From Ramazzottius varieornatus (Eukaryota > Animalia > Tardigrada), in contig BDGG01000010.1 in assembly GCA_001949185.1 (NCBI GenBank), positions 1,373,773 to 1,437,772 of the forward strand: DNA of 64,000 bases. Direction: 5' to 3'. The notes beneath the pieces were generated by a model. The model saw only the letters and a list, made by a program, of their open reading frames with translations, ran no database searches and was not told the DNA's origin. This document shows, one piece after another, positions 38,765 through 51,800 of the stretch (the first letter of the stretch is position 1; each line of letters opens with the position of its first letter). Made by a program: the position numbers and the translations under genes.

Positions 38765-40146
38765 TTACTTCTTGGGTTCTTCGGCCTTTCCGCCGCTATG
38801 GACCGACGTCTTCGATGCGTCTTTCTGATCTTGTTTCGACTCTGACTTCTCCAGGTCATCTTCGCCTTTGGCAGGAGGAACAGCGATAGGAAGACCATCG
38901 CCCAGACCACTTCCCGTGTTGAACACGAGCGTTCGCTGTACTATTATGTTGTCAAGAACCGTCTGAAAAAACAAAAGCCTCGGTGTCGCCCTCGTAACCA
39001 CAAGCAAGTCTGCCATCTGCTGAGCACATTAACCGTTTAAAGTGCCCACTTACCGCGAGCTGTTGGTTAGTCCGTATCACTGCCGCCATCTCATCCCGCT
39101 TCCGTTCGGTATCCGCTTCTCGCAGCTCCTGGTTCTTGGCGTCTAGCTCTATAAACTTTGTCTTCCATTCTGTCAGCTGGTTCTGAAGGTCCTGATTCTT
39201 GTCAGCAAAGTTTGTCATCTATTGGAAAGTAAAAAGACCACCCATCTATTTCGATGCTGTAGTATGGATGGTTCAATGAAGTACAACATACCTGGCGCGA
39301 GCACTCGTTCTTGCCTTGGTCTCCCAATAGTACCTTCCGCATTCCGTAAGCCATGCTGCTTTCGAACAGAGTCTGATAGGCAGCAATGGTCATCCGAATC
39401 TCATCCCGTACTCGTAACAGCATCAGCCCTCGTTCTGCGCATTCTAGCGTGGCCTGCCTTATTAGCTCGTCTGCAATAAAAGAACTCCGTCATAAGGTAC
39501 TGTGCAATAGATTGAATGGAACATCAATAGCTACGCAAAAGCGGCGCACCAAAGGCTTGTGAATACAGTTCCCTCCGAGAAGGATCGATTCCGGTCTCTT
39601 TGGCTTTCTGCTGCTCTAACCTGACGTCCAGTTTCTCCTGTAAACTGAGAACGTCCATCCGGGTTGCAGGAATACGGGAGACCTTTTGCATATAGTGATT
39701 TCCGTTGTCGACCCATAACCTAAGAAATAAGAATGTTATAACATAGACTGTGAACAAGTCGCCCTTAACCGGAAGTTATTAGAAACGACTGCACTGTACC
39801 TTGGAGGGAGGATATAATCCAAGATATCTTCAGCGGAAGTTATATCCACCAAAGCTGGGTTTTTGGGCTCCTTCTTATCTCCCCTGGGAACATCAGGTAG
39901 AATAATGCTGAGTTCTTCATGTTCTAGTAAGCCTGCTTCGCTCTTTAGCTTCTTCCTCTAAACCACACAATCATCGTCAATGCAGACCCACAATTCATCA
40001 ACCAGTATAAAGGTGATCCCGAATGATGATGAACACTCACTCACGGGTGTCGCCGGCTTGAACTTCTGCGTTATAATCTTGGGATTATCGTGCTTGACCA
40101 AGTGATCGTGACTAGCCGGTCCGCCATACCTCTCTGACCCTTCCAT
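38765..40146 (-). CDS. DNALI1: Axonemal dynein light intermediate chain p28
   Basis: LVKHDNP; EDILDYILPPR; VSRIPATRMDVLSLQEKLDVRLEQQKAKETGIDPSRRELYSQAFDELIRQATLECAERGLMLLRVRDEIRMTIAAYQTLFESSMAYGMRK. Last exon uncertain. Confidence 0.92.
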
Positions 40147-40415
40147 CAGATACTTTGCAGATATTCAACGAGAGGTCATTCGAACTTGAATCGCGTCAAC
40201 CATGGGTACATCCAAACTTTCTATTACTTCATATAAAACTAAATCGCTGAAATGTCGTCTGGGAAACGAACCGCTCTAAGGCATGAGACATTTTTGGTAA
40301 AACTAAAATCACAAGGTTTGGAAGACGTAAGGAGAAGGCAAGGAGCAAAAAATAATTATTAGTTTCGAAGTATCAAATAGATCGCCACGAAAAGTTTTAC
40401 TGAACGAAGGAGCTC

Positions 40416-43400
40416 CTACTTCTGCTTTTCCAACAGTTTCTCAGCCGCTTTGTGCAGCGCCGATTGCATGTGATGCAGAACATCCAGGCGGTTCGCCAGG
40501 TACGTCCCGCAGATCGGACATTCCTTGTCGACTCTGTCTTCCAGCTTGACACGCGAATCGTATGTGAACCTATTGACCAAACACTGCACTGTATATCGTT
40601 GTATCACGAGTTCGCACTGATGCGGGGTATGAAAGTCACATTTACTAATGTTGATTGAGATGAATGATTTGAACCAGATTTTTACCTCAAGTGACGCATA
40701 TTTCCATTGTGATTAGCTGGAAGTGCAAGCCACTTGGGAAAACGATCTGGTTCGAATCATTCTCCCACGTCCCAACTATAAATTCGAAAAGTCTTACCGA
40801 ACAGAGTCCAGATAGAGCTTCCAGCTCTTTTCGCGCTTCCTGTCCTCCTGTCGGGTCTTCTCGAAGTTCGGCAGCTTGCTCAGGTAGATGGGCTGAAGGA
40901 AGACATCGCCTTCTTCGGACTGGCTGCTCTGGAAAGGTTTAGACTTGACGTCCCACTGGTAGCCGGTAGCGAATTGTCTTGTGGCAAAGTCTGCGCAGGT
41001 CTTCCGTGGACGAAATAATATTCTACGACAAAATAATTCACCAAAAACCAAACTCCTGTCACTTGTAAAGACTGGATGGCAGCTCTCACTCAAAAAGACT
41101 ATTCTTGCAGCAAGTCTGTAAGAAGGCTCGTTCCTTCACGACGTCTGCGTCGAGCATTCTTCCCCTCTGACCAAACTGGATCTTCCGAAGGACGCTGTTG
41201 ATCATGATTCGCAAGTCATCAATCTACAAGGCAAAAACGAAAACCATAGTTGTTTACAATTCGGTGAAGCCGTGAAAATTCAGGTGTCTTACAGCTTCAA
41301 CGTCGACCGGTGTCAGCGCGGTGTCGAACTGGACACGCATGTCGTGATCAGGATACAGCGACAGGGCTTTTTTCCCATCGTCAGATGGTGCGAACCCAAT
41401 GCCGGCCACTGCGCCCGTGTATCCGGTTGTGCTCAGCCTTTTGTCATTCCTGACAAGAACTTCATCACCGTAATAGAACAGAAGGTGAACCCATACAGCA
41501 CTTCTCAGCCCACAAGGAAAGCTTACTTGAGTTCGACACATGGTGCGAACAAAGCCACCAGGATGCCGAGCAGGCCGGGCTGACGAGGAAGTAGTGTAGA
41601 GTTGCGCAGAGTAATCGTGTCTGGTTTCTTCTCAGCTTGCTCCACACTGGATGCAACTAAGATCCTCTGAATAAAGTCAGTAGCTTCGGGACGTCCATCG
41701 AGAACTCGGTGGTTGACGCTGTCGATCGAGCACCGAACATTGCTAGAAGGAAAGAACCAAAACCATAGTCAAGTACAGAAACGGCAAATATTGAGAAGAC
41801 GATACCAGGAGCTCAACTGCTGCAGCGGAGAATGAAAACGGGCAGTGATAGGCGAGTAAGGACCTTGGACGAGTTCGCTCTGCAAATTGAAGACAGAAAT
41901 AAGTACTGGCAAACGTCGAGTAAAGTGAGCAAAATTATGTAAGGAAATTAAGACATGCCTTCTTTGTGGCCCGTTGAAGCTCACTTGGCACTGTTACATA
42001 GACTCTGGCCGGTCCATCGGTCAGTCTACTGAACTCGTTGGTGTGGCAGCTCTCGGAAAGGTACGACTCCTTGACGAAGCTGGCAAACCCTAACTTGACC
42101 AGTTCTTCGTTCAAGTTGACATTCGCATACCCGATGCTGGGTTCTGTTACGAAGAGGGTTCCGTAGACTACCGAGTTCACCACTGAGTACACCTGGTAAA
42201 AACGACAGCAGTATATTGGGAATTCTACAGAGTACCATGTTCTACACATGGGGGCTGGGCAGACGAAGCGTACAAGTTCGCCATCCTCGAGTGGCGCACT
42301 CTTCCGGCCAACAGCAATAAAGACGTGTGCTACTTGAGATAACAATCAGGCGCTATAACGAGCTTGTACAGTACGTTTTCGCTTGTCCAACTTCCACATA
42401 TCTGGTATCTCAACGCAGTGAGTAAACAGTGGTACAGTGACTTGCCTCCATCTCAATCCGGCCAATGGCGTTGTTGGCACTGGTCGCAGCTCCGAGCCAG
42501 CTGATGAAAGCTGCCACATCGCGCTCCATGACTTCTCGAATGTGGATTCCAGCCAGTCGGAACTCGAACACCTGCGCAGGGCAGCTGGCGATGAATGGCG
42601 GGATGGTACGAATACCCCGCCGTTCGGAGACCTCATCCAAGTACTCTCCACTATCCACACAGAAGACCTGTAAAAAAGTATAATTATGACTTTCTGTACA
42701 GACTTTACGGCCAAACACTGCGAGAAGATAGAACGTGAAGCGCAAGCTGAGCTTACTCTGAACAAAGAACCGTCGTATTGGGAGGCACCTTGACGCTGGA
42801 TGATCTGGACTCTCTCCAGCCGTTTTAGCTCTCTGTGGTAGGCGACAGCGTAGTCACCAGGTGTAGGATTCGGCAAGTAATGATCCTACGAAACAAAATA
42901 GATTCAAATGATGCCCAAAACAGAAAGAAATTCACTTCGTCGAAGTTAGGTTGGTCATTCGATTTTACCTTTGAAACAAGGTAGTACTCCTGCAATTTTC
43001 GTCGTAGAAGAAGCCTCAAATCAGCATTGCTCTTCAAACGCAACGATATCCGGTCAGTGGTGGCAATCTGCAACCAGAAATCAGTAGTCACAGTGTTATG
43101 AGTGAGTAGGACCAACGAGAAAATACGAGAAAAAATCAGAGAAGGAATTGAAATCCATTCCCACCTGAAACAGTTTCTTACGTTTTCAATGGCGACGTCA
43201 ACTCTTTGTCCATCGCACTTCTGGACTTCCGGGAGACCTGTGGCCAGTGGAATGACTGGAGTCCGACGATCCCGGGCTTTCGCCAGGCTGGAAAAGCAAA
43301 AAAACCCATCCGATTATTCACTGAAAAAATTAACTTAGATTGCCCAGTGATGCTCGCACATACAAGAACTGCCGGATATCACGGGTCTGTTTCCACTCAG

Positions 43401-46400
43401 CAGTCCGCTTGTCAATCTCATTCAGATATTGGGCCGGAGGAACAAGGAACATCAAGGCTGGGCGCTGACCGAAGGACCTCGCGGAACGCAAGGCCAGGTG
43501 AACGCCGATAGCAGCTCCGTATGCAGAGAAAGAAGACAAAGTGTGGCGGTTGAAAGTTACGTAAGCCCTAGAGCAGAAAGAAGACCACATGGACACTGAT
43601 GTCTTCACAGCAAGAACTGGGAGCTGGGTGAACAAAACGTATAAAACGTAAAAATCGTTAGTCGAAGTGGCGCACGCTTCTAGCCAGTAACGATGAAATA
43701 ACTAAAGTATGAAATAACAATGCGCCACTTGAAACAGCAATCTCGTGCGTTTTGTTTGCCCAGCTCCCAATTACAGTGCCAATATGAGTATTAAGTTAGC
43801 TGATTTACTTGCTTGTTACTTACTTGTCATCCAGGTACGTGATTTCCGGTGGGAGCTCATGGTTCCAGGTGAGTGGGTCGACGATCTTCATCAGCTGAGC
43901 ATCGTAGAGGGGACCATAATTAGGAGGCAAGTGCGTGAACTGCAAGAGAAATATCACTGGTAACTTTTAATCTGATAAGTTCGTAATGATATCTCTCACA
44001 GTCAAACTATCACCACGAGAAAAATAAGGAAATCGTCATGAAAAATTGGCAAACACTTACGTTCAAAGACAGCTGTGGATCGGTATACGGGATTTCCTCC
44101 GTAACAATGCGCGAGTCGATGCGATCTTGAACGAAAAAGCTGGGATAGAAGCTTGCCGCCATGACGAGCTAGAAAAGATCGTGAACATTGAATTCAACTC
44201 GGTGAGCGATCACTATTTTAGCCCAATTAGAAGCACTTCCGGCTCCCTACCCGAAGAATGTCCGCACGTTCCGCTGCTTTGCCGTACAGGACCGCTCCAT
44301 CTACCTTCCGGTCGTACATGCCCATCTTCTCTAGACGGTCCTGGAGTTCATCCCGCAGATACTTCATCTGCAAGAAACCGAAATGAAGAATTCAGGTCAA
44401 AAGTTGATACGAAGATTGGTGAATATTGTGATTATGTACCTCGTGCAGTCCGCCGTAACTCAACTGGTTATTCCTGCACCACTGCTCTTCGTCGACCTTA
44501 CGGAAGGTCCCAGCTTTAGCGGCTGCATCGTAAAGGTCCCACGCAGTCAGGACAGCCAGGTTGTCGCAACCAAGCTCAGCACGGTACTTGACCCGCTTCT
44601 CCAGCCAGAAGCGCATGTCGAGGTTGTCCACGCTCTGGAAGATCTTCCGGACACTCAGGCCGGCCGCTGGAAAGTAAAACAAGATTCGTTGGTAGTGGAA
44701 TTTCCATTGCTTGTCTGCTGAAGGAAGCTCACCAAGATTGATGCCGTCGTTCAGCACCCCGAACACGTACGAGTAGACGATCAAGCGGCCAAGGTTGATG
44801 CTGATCGGCAAGCCCTCCAGAATTCGTCCGATTTGGGTCAGCTCCCCATTGTCCACGCAGATGGCACCATCTATCTTCAAGCTAAGAGCGCCGACCTAAA
44901 CAGACCAAAACCCTTCTATCAACCTATTCAGGAGCCTATAAGACTATGCAAAATATTCTTATACTCCTTACTTCTTTCAGTTGCAAAATGCCCAAGTCGA
45001 CTTTTCTTCTGGTTGGTGGATCGAGCAGCAAGGAGAACAAGTCATGAGGTTTCCATACACGTGGCAAGTTCAGGACTTTCACATGGAGAATCGAGTAGTG
45101 GATGGGAGCGACCTGTAAAATACACACTGTCAACATCCTCATAGAAAAATCAATGTTTTATGGACATTATAACCAAGCTGACTCACGGTGATATCAGGCA
45201 GTTCATGGTCGAGAAGGTCCTTGTAGAACCTTCGAGGAACCATGCAAAAGTACTCGCCCTTCTGGACACGACCAGTGCGACCCTTCCTCTGCGTCATATT
45301 GGCCTTCGCCGTCCACTGCGCAGCGAGTCGAGGAAGATCCAGCATCGGGTCGACGACGAGACGCTTGGTCAGCGCAAAGTCCAACACTTAGATCAAGAAA
45401 AACAGTTTTATCGTCCAGTCTCGCCAAGCTAATGCAAAAGAAATCAAGGTATGAGCCGCTCTCATACGCACCATATTCGATGTAGGGTATAGTGATGGAG
45501 CTCTCGGCGATGTTTGTGGACAATATGATTCGGAAGACATCAGGAGACGGTGTATGCATGACTTCATCTTGTATTTCATAGCTGAGGTTGGAATGGAGCA
45601 CCAAAACCTCCCAGTTCATAATTCTAAAACAAAATTATGCAGAAAGTGATACTACTGTAATGAGGGAATTTGCAAACGAGTTAAAGCTACGTACCCGTGC
45701 TTCGCGGTCCCATCTTCCAGAAGCTGTCGAAAATCTTGGATATCAGCCCAACCTGAAGCAGAACCAATAGCAATACTAGTGCCAAAGGTATTTTTCTCCA
45801 TGCCTTATTTAAATAAATTTTATGATTATCTTCATGAAACGTTCGAGTGGGGAAACCAGACATATGGAACGAGAAACTCACCTGGCAAAAACACGAGGAC
45901 TGATCCGAGACTACGGTACTCTTCCGGCGGTCTAGATTCACGCGCGTCCATTCTGTCGATTCTGAAACTATGAGGTGACTTGTTACACTGTAGACATCAA
46001 CAGTAACTTAACGACGCACCGAGAAATGGGACATCGTCAGACAATTTGAACCAGATCGCTTTCCCAAGTCGCGCACATCTTCAGCCAAAAGCAAGGAAAA
46101 AATGCGCCACTTGAGATAAGAATTTGGGTCAGTCCATTTGCCCACTTTTCAAATGCTCTGGACGAAAAACCAACAATGGAAGATGCTCCGCACACCACCG
46201 AAAACTACCATTGTCTCTGCACACCACCTCTCACCACCGTAGTCTCCTAATACCACCTTTTCACCACCGTTTGTCTGGACGTACCACCTTTCGTTCACCA
46301 CCGTTAATTAAGTAGAATTTAGAATCTCTGTGCACCACTCTTGTCCGGAGACAGCGTCTTTCGCAAGCAAAGAACTGCGGAGCTGGTTCTTTGACTGTTT

Positions 46401-48589
46401 CAATAGTAGAAAGATCGAGAAACTGTCACGACGTCCGGGGAGACCTAGTACCAGAGTGGGATATCGAAGCTCGGTCACTGCAGCCAAAGAGCTAGCGGTG
46501 TTCTGGAAAGTTCAGGGAACAGGAAGGACTCACGATCCTAAAGATAGCTGATCTATCAGATAGGTACCTACATGTTAGCTTGCCGTTTGTTCGCCACAGC
46601 GGCTAAGAGCTCGAATGCAAACTTTGCAACTTCTGGAATTAGGACTGGCTCATTCAACGTGAAGAGCGGCATCTGAAAGTGAGCAGCAAAAATGAAGAAA
46701 ATTTATCGTCGAACAAGACTCTACTTGACGTATTGTTTTTATGGAAAACTTACCATTCGGTTCGCGGGCCAGACATCGTCCAGAAAGTACTCCGTGATGG
46801 GTCGACCCACATGGCCATTCAGAGTGACCACTGCCGGAGCCAGGCCTGCATCGGACTTGGTGAAGTACTCGGTGATACGTTGAAGATTCATAGTAGCCGA
46901 CATGATGATCAATTTGACGTGAGGAGAGTTCTCCGTCATCATCTTCTTTACCAGCATCAGACACAGGTCGGTGTCTTGATCGCGCTCGTGGACCTAGTAA
47001 GCAAAAAACTTGATGCCCAATGCATAAGAGACTAAGTAATGCAGTTGCATACCACACAAGGCTGCTGTGCTCACCTCGTCCAGGATGATGTGGGTGTAGC
47101 GTCCGAGGTTCAAGTCCGTAGCCACTGCCTTCAAGAAGATCGCCGTCGTACAAAACGTCAAGGACGTCCATTTCCCCGCCATACGGTTCATCCCGACCTA
47201 TCAGACAAATAGTTGTCATAAAGACCGGTATCTTACACGAGTAACACTGCGAAGCTAACGAAAACTTTCTTACATGGTAACCGACAAGGTGGCCCAGCCG
47301 CCATTGTCGGCCGCGAGTATCCCGACGGAGAGAAGCCACTCTGGTGGCGTTAGTGACAGCAGCGAGACGACGTGGTTGGGTGACCACAATGTTACATCGC
47401 CGGTTGTCTTTGGCCAAGGCATCCATGATGAATAGCGGAATCTGCGTGGTCTTGCCTGTACCCGTCGGTCCCACGATGATGGTCACTCTGTTGTCCCGAA
47501 CACTGTCAAGTACCTATGGGAAAAACCTTTCAACTGTAAATCGACGTTTCATTAAATCTTACTGGTAGGCATGAACAGACAACTAAATAACTTACAGACT
47601 GGCGGGAGTGGGTCACAGACAATGAAGCGTCGTACTCCAGATCGCGGCTGAAGTCGTAAAATCGTTTGTAGGGCGGAGGTCGACCACCGCCCGAACCTGA
47701 CTGGGACTGCAGAACATCGTACTCGTTCGGGAGGCGCCCAGGAGCATCTTCGTCGAGGTTCAAGTCATCAAATTCGGCGTAGAGATCGTGAGAAAGCTTC
47801 TGACTTTCGTCCAGCAAGTCCTACAGAAGAACCATATCGATCACGCAATGTTTCTACCATGAGATCATGTCAGTTCCATCTTCAAAGGTCAACTGACCAC
47901 TGGCACTTCCTCCAAAGGAGCTTCGTAATCTACTTGCGCGAACAGTCTAGTCTTGTCGAGCTCTCGAATCTCCTCCTCACTTCTTTCCGGCCTAGAATAC
48001 TCAACGATTTAGCATTCACTTGAACTATGAGTTTCCTGTATTACTGATTTTGTAGACGTATGACTTACTGGGAGAAGTGGAACTCACGACCGTCCTTTGG
48101 GACGAAGGGTTCCGACTTCGACTCCGCATGTTGAAGATGCCAGTGATACCACGGCTGGACTTCAATCGGAGTCGTAAGGAACGTATAGCCTCTGAAGGCA
48201 AATTCGTTGTCCGTAGCTTCCTGCGCAAACAAGGCTTAAAAAACCAATCAAGATTACAGGTAGTATACAGCTAAAGCCATTAACGACGCTTCTCGCAACC
48301 AAGATTAGGAAACCAAGCCAAATAGCACCACACATACCTCTCCTTCTTCCAGCTTCTCCGCGGCGGTCAGGTCATTGGCTTCCTTCTCCTTCAGCTGCGT
48401 CAGGTGCTCCTTCGCTTCCCGACAGAGCTCATTCATGCCACTGATTTCTGCGAAGAGGGTGTATGGAGTTCTGGGCCTGGCGCTGAGGGGATCGTGGACG
48501 ACAGGATTCCAGACGAGTCGCTGGTCATCCATGTTCCCGCGTACGTGGTGGCTCCTCCACGGCATATCTAAAAGTTTCCCAGGGACCAT
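40416..48589 (-). CDS. spn-E: piRNA-pathway DExH-box RNA helicase with Tudor domain and C-terminal Zn finger (spindle-E/TDRD9)
   Basis: GPTGTGKTTQIP, TQPRRLAA, IILDEVHER, MSAT, VLVFLPG, STNIAESSITIP, QRKGRTGRV; HA2 LTQIGRILEGLPI; Tudor GDYAVAY...VFCVDSGE; C-terminal CPICGTYLANRLDVLHHMQSALH. 5' end uncertain. Confidence 0.88.
42249..42396 (+). mobile_element. MITE-like element in spn-E intron
   Basis: Termini GGGGGCTGGGCAGACGAAGCG / CGTTTTCGCTTGTCCAACTTCC; inner hairpin CTCGAGTGGCGCAC...GTGTGCTACTTGAG; flanked on both sides by ACAT. Confidence 0.7.
43615..43772 (+). mobile_element. MITE-like element in spn-E intron (best-preserved copy)
   Basis: AACTGGGAGCTGGGTGAACAAAACG vs CGTTTTGTTTGCCCAGCTCCCAATT (22/25 inverted match); inner AAGTGGCGCA...TGCGCCACTT hairpin; flanks AACT/AATT. 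Confidence 0.75.
46021..46150 (+). repeat. Degenerate copy of the same MITE-like family in spn-E intron
   Basis: CAAGTCGCGCACATCTTCAGCCAAAAGCAAGG...TGCGCCACTTGAG, with a degenerate TTTGCCCAC terminus. Confidence 0.55.
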
Positions 48590-48842
48590 CAAACCTAAGT
48601 CGAAACAGAATCATAGGAAGAACCAGTGGGACCGGGAGTAAATTGGGCTTCGACGGGGTAACGAGCAGAAATAACGAGTTACTTTGGTAGCCAATCGTCA
48701 ATTCCCCACTACTGACCGTCCCACAGGTCTTTCCAGAGCGCGTCCGAACAGCTGGCTGCTTCGCTGCCAGGGGAGGAGCATACAGTGCGCACTGGATGGA
48801 AGCATGCGCGCACCATGAAGGTCACGTGCGTTACGTCAAATG

Positions 48843-48850
48843 TCCTTTCC
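48843..48850 (+). promoter_or_regulatory. TCT/5'-TOP-like initiator of the eEF2 copy
   Basis: TCCTTTCC ~30 bp before the ATG-only first exon, typical of translation-machinery genes. Confidence 0.35.
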
Positions 48851-48876
48851 ACTCAGAGCGAGACTGTGCTGCCGGT

Positions 48877-51800
48877 ATGGTGCGCTATGTTTTCGTACAG
48901 CTATAGTCCGCCAAGCTTTTCTTTTAGGCTTTCCGGAATCCGGATGATAGATATTAATTATATCATCCACATTCACATGCACAGATGGATTTTACTCTCG
49001 AAGAAGTCCGCGGAATGATGGGAAAATAGACCAACATCCGAAACATGTCCGTCATTGCTCAGGACGATCACGAAAAGTCTACGTTCATTGACTCGCTGGT
49101 CAGTTGTCATTTTTGTTGTTGTACATAATTATTATAATGTCTGGAATCGATGCTCTTGTTCAGACGTCCGAAAATTTTGTGTTGACAGATGTCGAAAGCC
49201 CGTATTATCACTCTGTCCAAAGTCGGTGATAATCGACTCATTGACTCACGCGAAGACGAGCAGGAGCGTTGCGTTACGATCAAATCCGCGTAAGTTCGAG
49301 CAGACATCCTGAATGAGTTTGGTGTAGAGCTTCAACTTAATTGTGCAGTGTAAGTGTCTGCATCCCTATGTACTACGAACTGAGCGAGTCCGATGTCCAG
49401 CTGGTGAAAGGTGCTGAGCAGATCAACGATGAAGAGACCCGAGATTTTCTTATCAACTTGCTGGACTCTCCGAGTTTCGTCGACTGTCCTGATGACGTCG
49501 ATTCTTCCAGCGAAGTCACAGCTGCCCTTCGTGTCACTGACGGAGCTCTCGTTGTCGTCGATGCCGTCAGCGGTATGAAATTTGCAGTTTTTTCTCCGAC
49601 TCGCGAATGCTTCTTGACTGTGCGATAATTCCCTGTGCCTATGAAGTGAAATGAGGGTTCCGCTTAGTCCTCATTTGTGCTTCCAAGTTAGGGGTTTCGG
49701 TACCTATATATTCGGTCTTTCCGTACGACTTTGCCGTTTCCGAAGCTAAAGTTTCAAGAATTTTTCCCGACTTCGCTATCGAAATTTTTGAATTCTGGTA
49801 ACATTCAAGATCAGTAACGGACTTCACTTGTTTTTTTCCCAAACACAGGCAGAGTTCTCTCGATGACGCTAAAGAACGAGACTTGGGGCACAAGAACTCA
49901 GGCTAAGTTTTCCGCTATTTTATTCTCTTGGGAAGTATAAACTAACGAGTGAAATGATTGGAACTTCGCGAGCACAGACATTAGACTATCCGGCTAGCCC
50001 CAGAAGACTTCTAAATTTGGCTTGTGTAATTCTCGAATACCGAATTTTGGAAATCCCAGCCGAAAAACTTTGAACGGCCCCGTTTTCCCTTTGAAGGTCT
50101 GATCTTCTTTCCCACCTGGCTTTTTCTTCAACTAAATTTTTCTCGACGACTTGTAACGGGGCGTTTGGTATTACTTGGCTGAAGACTGTGTTCGCAGTAT
50201 TTTTGAGGTTTTTGAAAGCACGGGTGTCGACAAGAAAAATAACTTTATGTTGAACCCGAATTTTGAGGAATTTCACCTTCTGCACTGCTATTTTTGTAAA
50301 CTCACAGTGCAAACGGATCCGGATATTCTGATGCAGGCTTAACACTCTGAGTACGACCGTCCTCTTTGTATATACAATCACTCAGTTTTATTCACCTCCC
50401 AGTTTTAGCTTTTGGTCTTTCGGGTCTGGGTCTTTTTCTTTGCATGTACCTCGGTCTTTTCACCAAAGCAACACTAATGACCAGCGGTCAGCAGAACCCC
50501 AGCACGCTGGAAATCTTTTCTACGGTTTCGGGTGGTTTTGGTGAAATTTGGTGTTTCGTCTCTTCGCGCGAGACACGTGCACGGTATTCGCTTAGAGAAA
50601 AACTGGAGCACTGGGGACAGTCTTATCCATCGAAGCCGAGCCTGGGATAAATTTTGTAGTCATCAGTGCGGTTAGAAGAAAATCAAGACGAGCAGTTCTC
50701 CCTTTTGAGATTTGGCGTTTATGGCTGCCAATCATCCGAATTTTGAAATTCCGGAAGTTGCCTATTGGTTGGACCAGCCTCCGCAACACGGCACCAGCCA
50801 ATAAAATTCCTGTGTACACAAAGCGGACGGTAGTAGTGTGCAAGCATTAAAACGATCGTGCTGAGAGTGTTAAGGGACAAGTTACAGGGCTACATTGCTA
50901 ACGAAGAACTGTAGAGATATTTCAACCCGTTTCGGAGAAAAATGTTCAAAGTTGGGGTGGATAAAACAGCAAAGTCATACTGAGAGACCCAGTAATTTTC
51001 GCCATTACAGTATAGACTGTTCGACAACCTCAAGAAGAAAGCTAGCGGAAAGAATTGACTACAATGTTGTTTTTGCAGGTGTGTGCGGGCAAACCGAGAC
51101 TCCTTCGACAGGCCATCGCTGAACGAATCAAGCCTATCCTGTTCATAAACAGGATAGACCGGGCTGTACTTGAACTCAAGCTCCCACAAGAAGATCTGTA
51201 CCAGATCTTCGTGCGAATTTCCGAATCCACCAACCTCATCGCCACCCGCTCCAACGAACTAGGCACGTCGATATTTTTTTATCAGTTTCCTTACTCGTCA
51301 CACTTTCGGCTGAAATTTTTGAATTCTAACCAATTAGGTTTTCATTTCAGGTCCGATGGATGATACCATGATCGATCCTTTGAAGGGTAACTGTGGTTTC
51401 GGTTCCGGTCTCACGGCGGGGCTTTCACCCTGAAGCAGTTCGCCAAGACTACAAAGTTACAAAGTTCGGTTTAAGCTACGATCGATCGATTGGCCGTCTG
51501 TGGGGAGAGAACTTCTACTACATGAAGACCAAGAAGTGGAGCAAGCAGAAGACCAGCGTCGACGAGATCCGTTCCTTCAACTTCTTCGTTCTCGACCCGC
51601 TGTATAAGATTCCGACGCTGTCATGAGCTTTAAGAAGGAGGAAACCGACAAGCTCCTCCACAAGCTGAACATCGAGCTCAAGTTGGAAGAGGAGGAAAAG
51701 GAAGGCACGTATTTCTTAGAAAATCCTCCGTTTTATTCTTGTGACGAATTCTGGACCTCGGTAAACACACTCGACAAGGTGTTTTTCTCCAAGTAGTGGC

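Noticed and set aside
46566-46575. Apparent premature stop (ATG TAG) in spn-E suggesting a pseudogene or GC-AG intron
   Set aside because: A canonical phase-2 donor AT|GTAGGT lies at this position and matches the acceptor at 45962.
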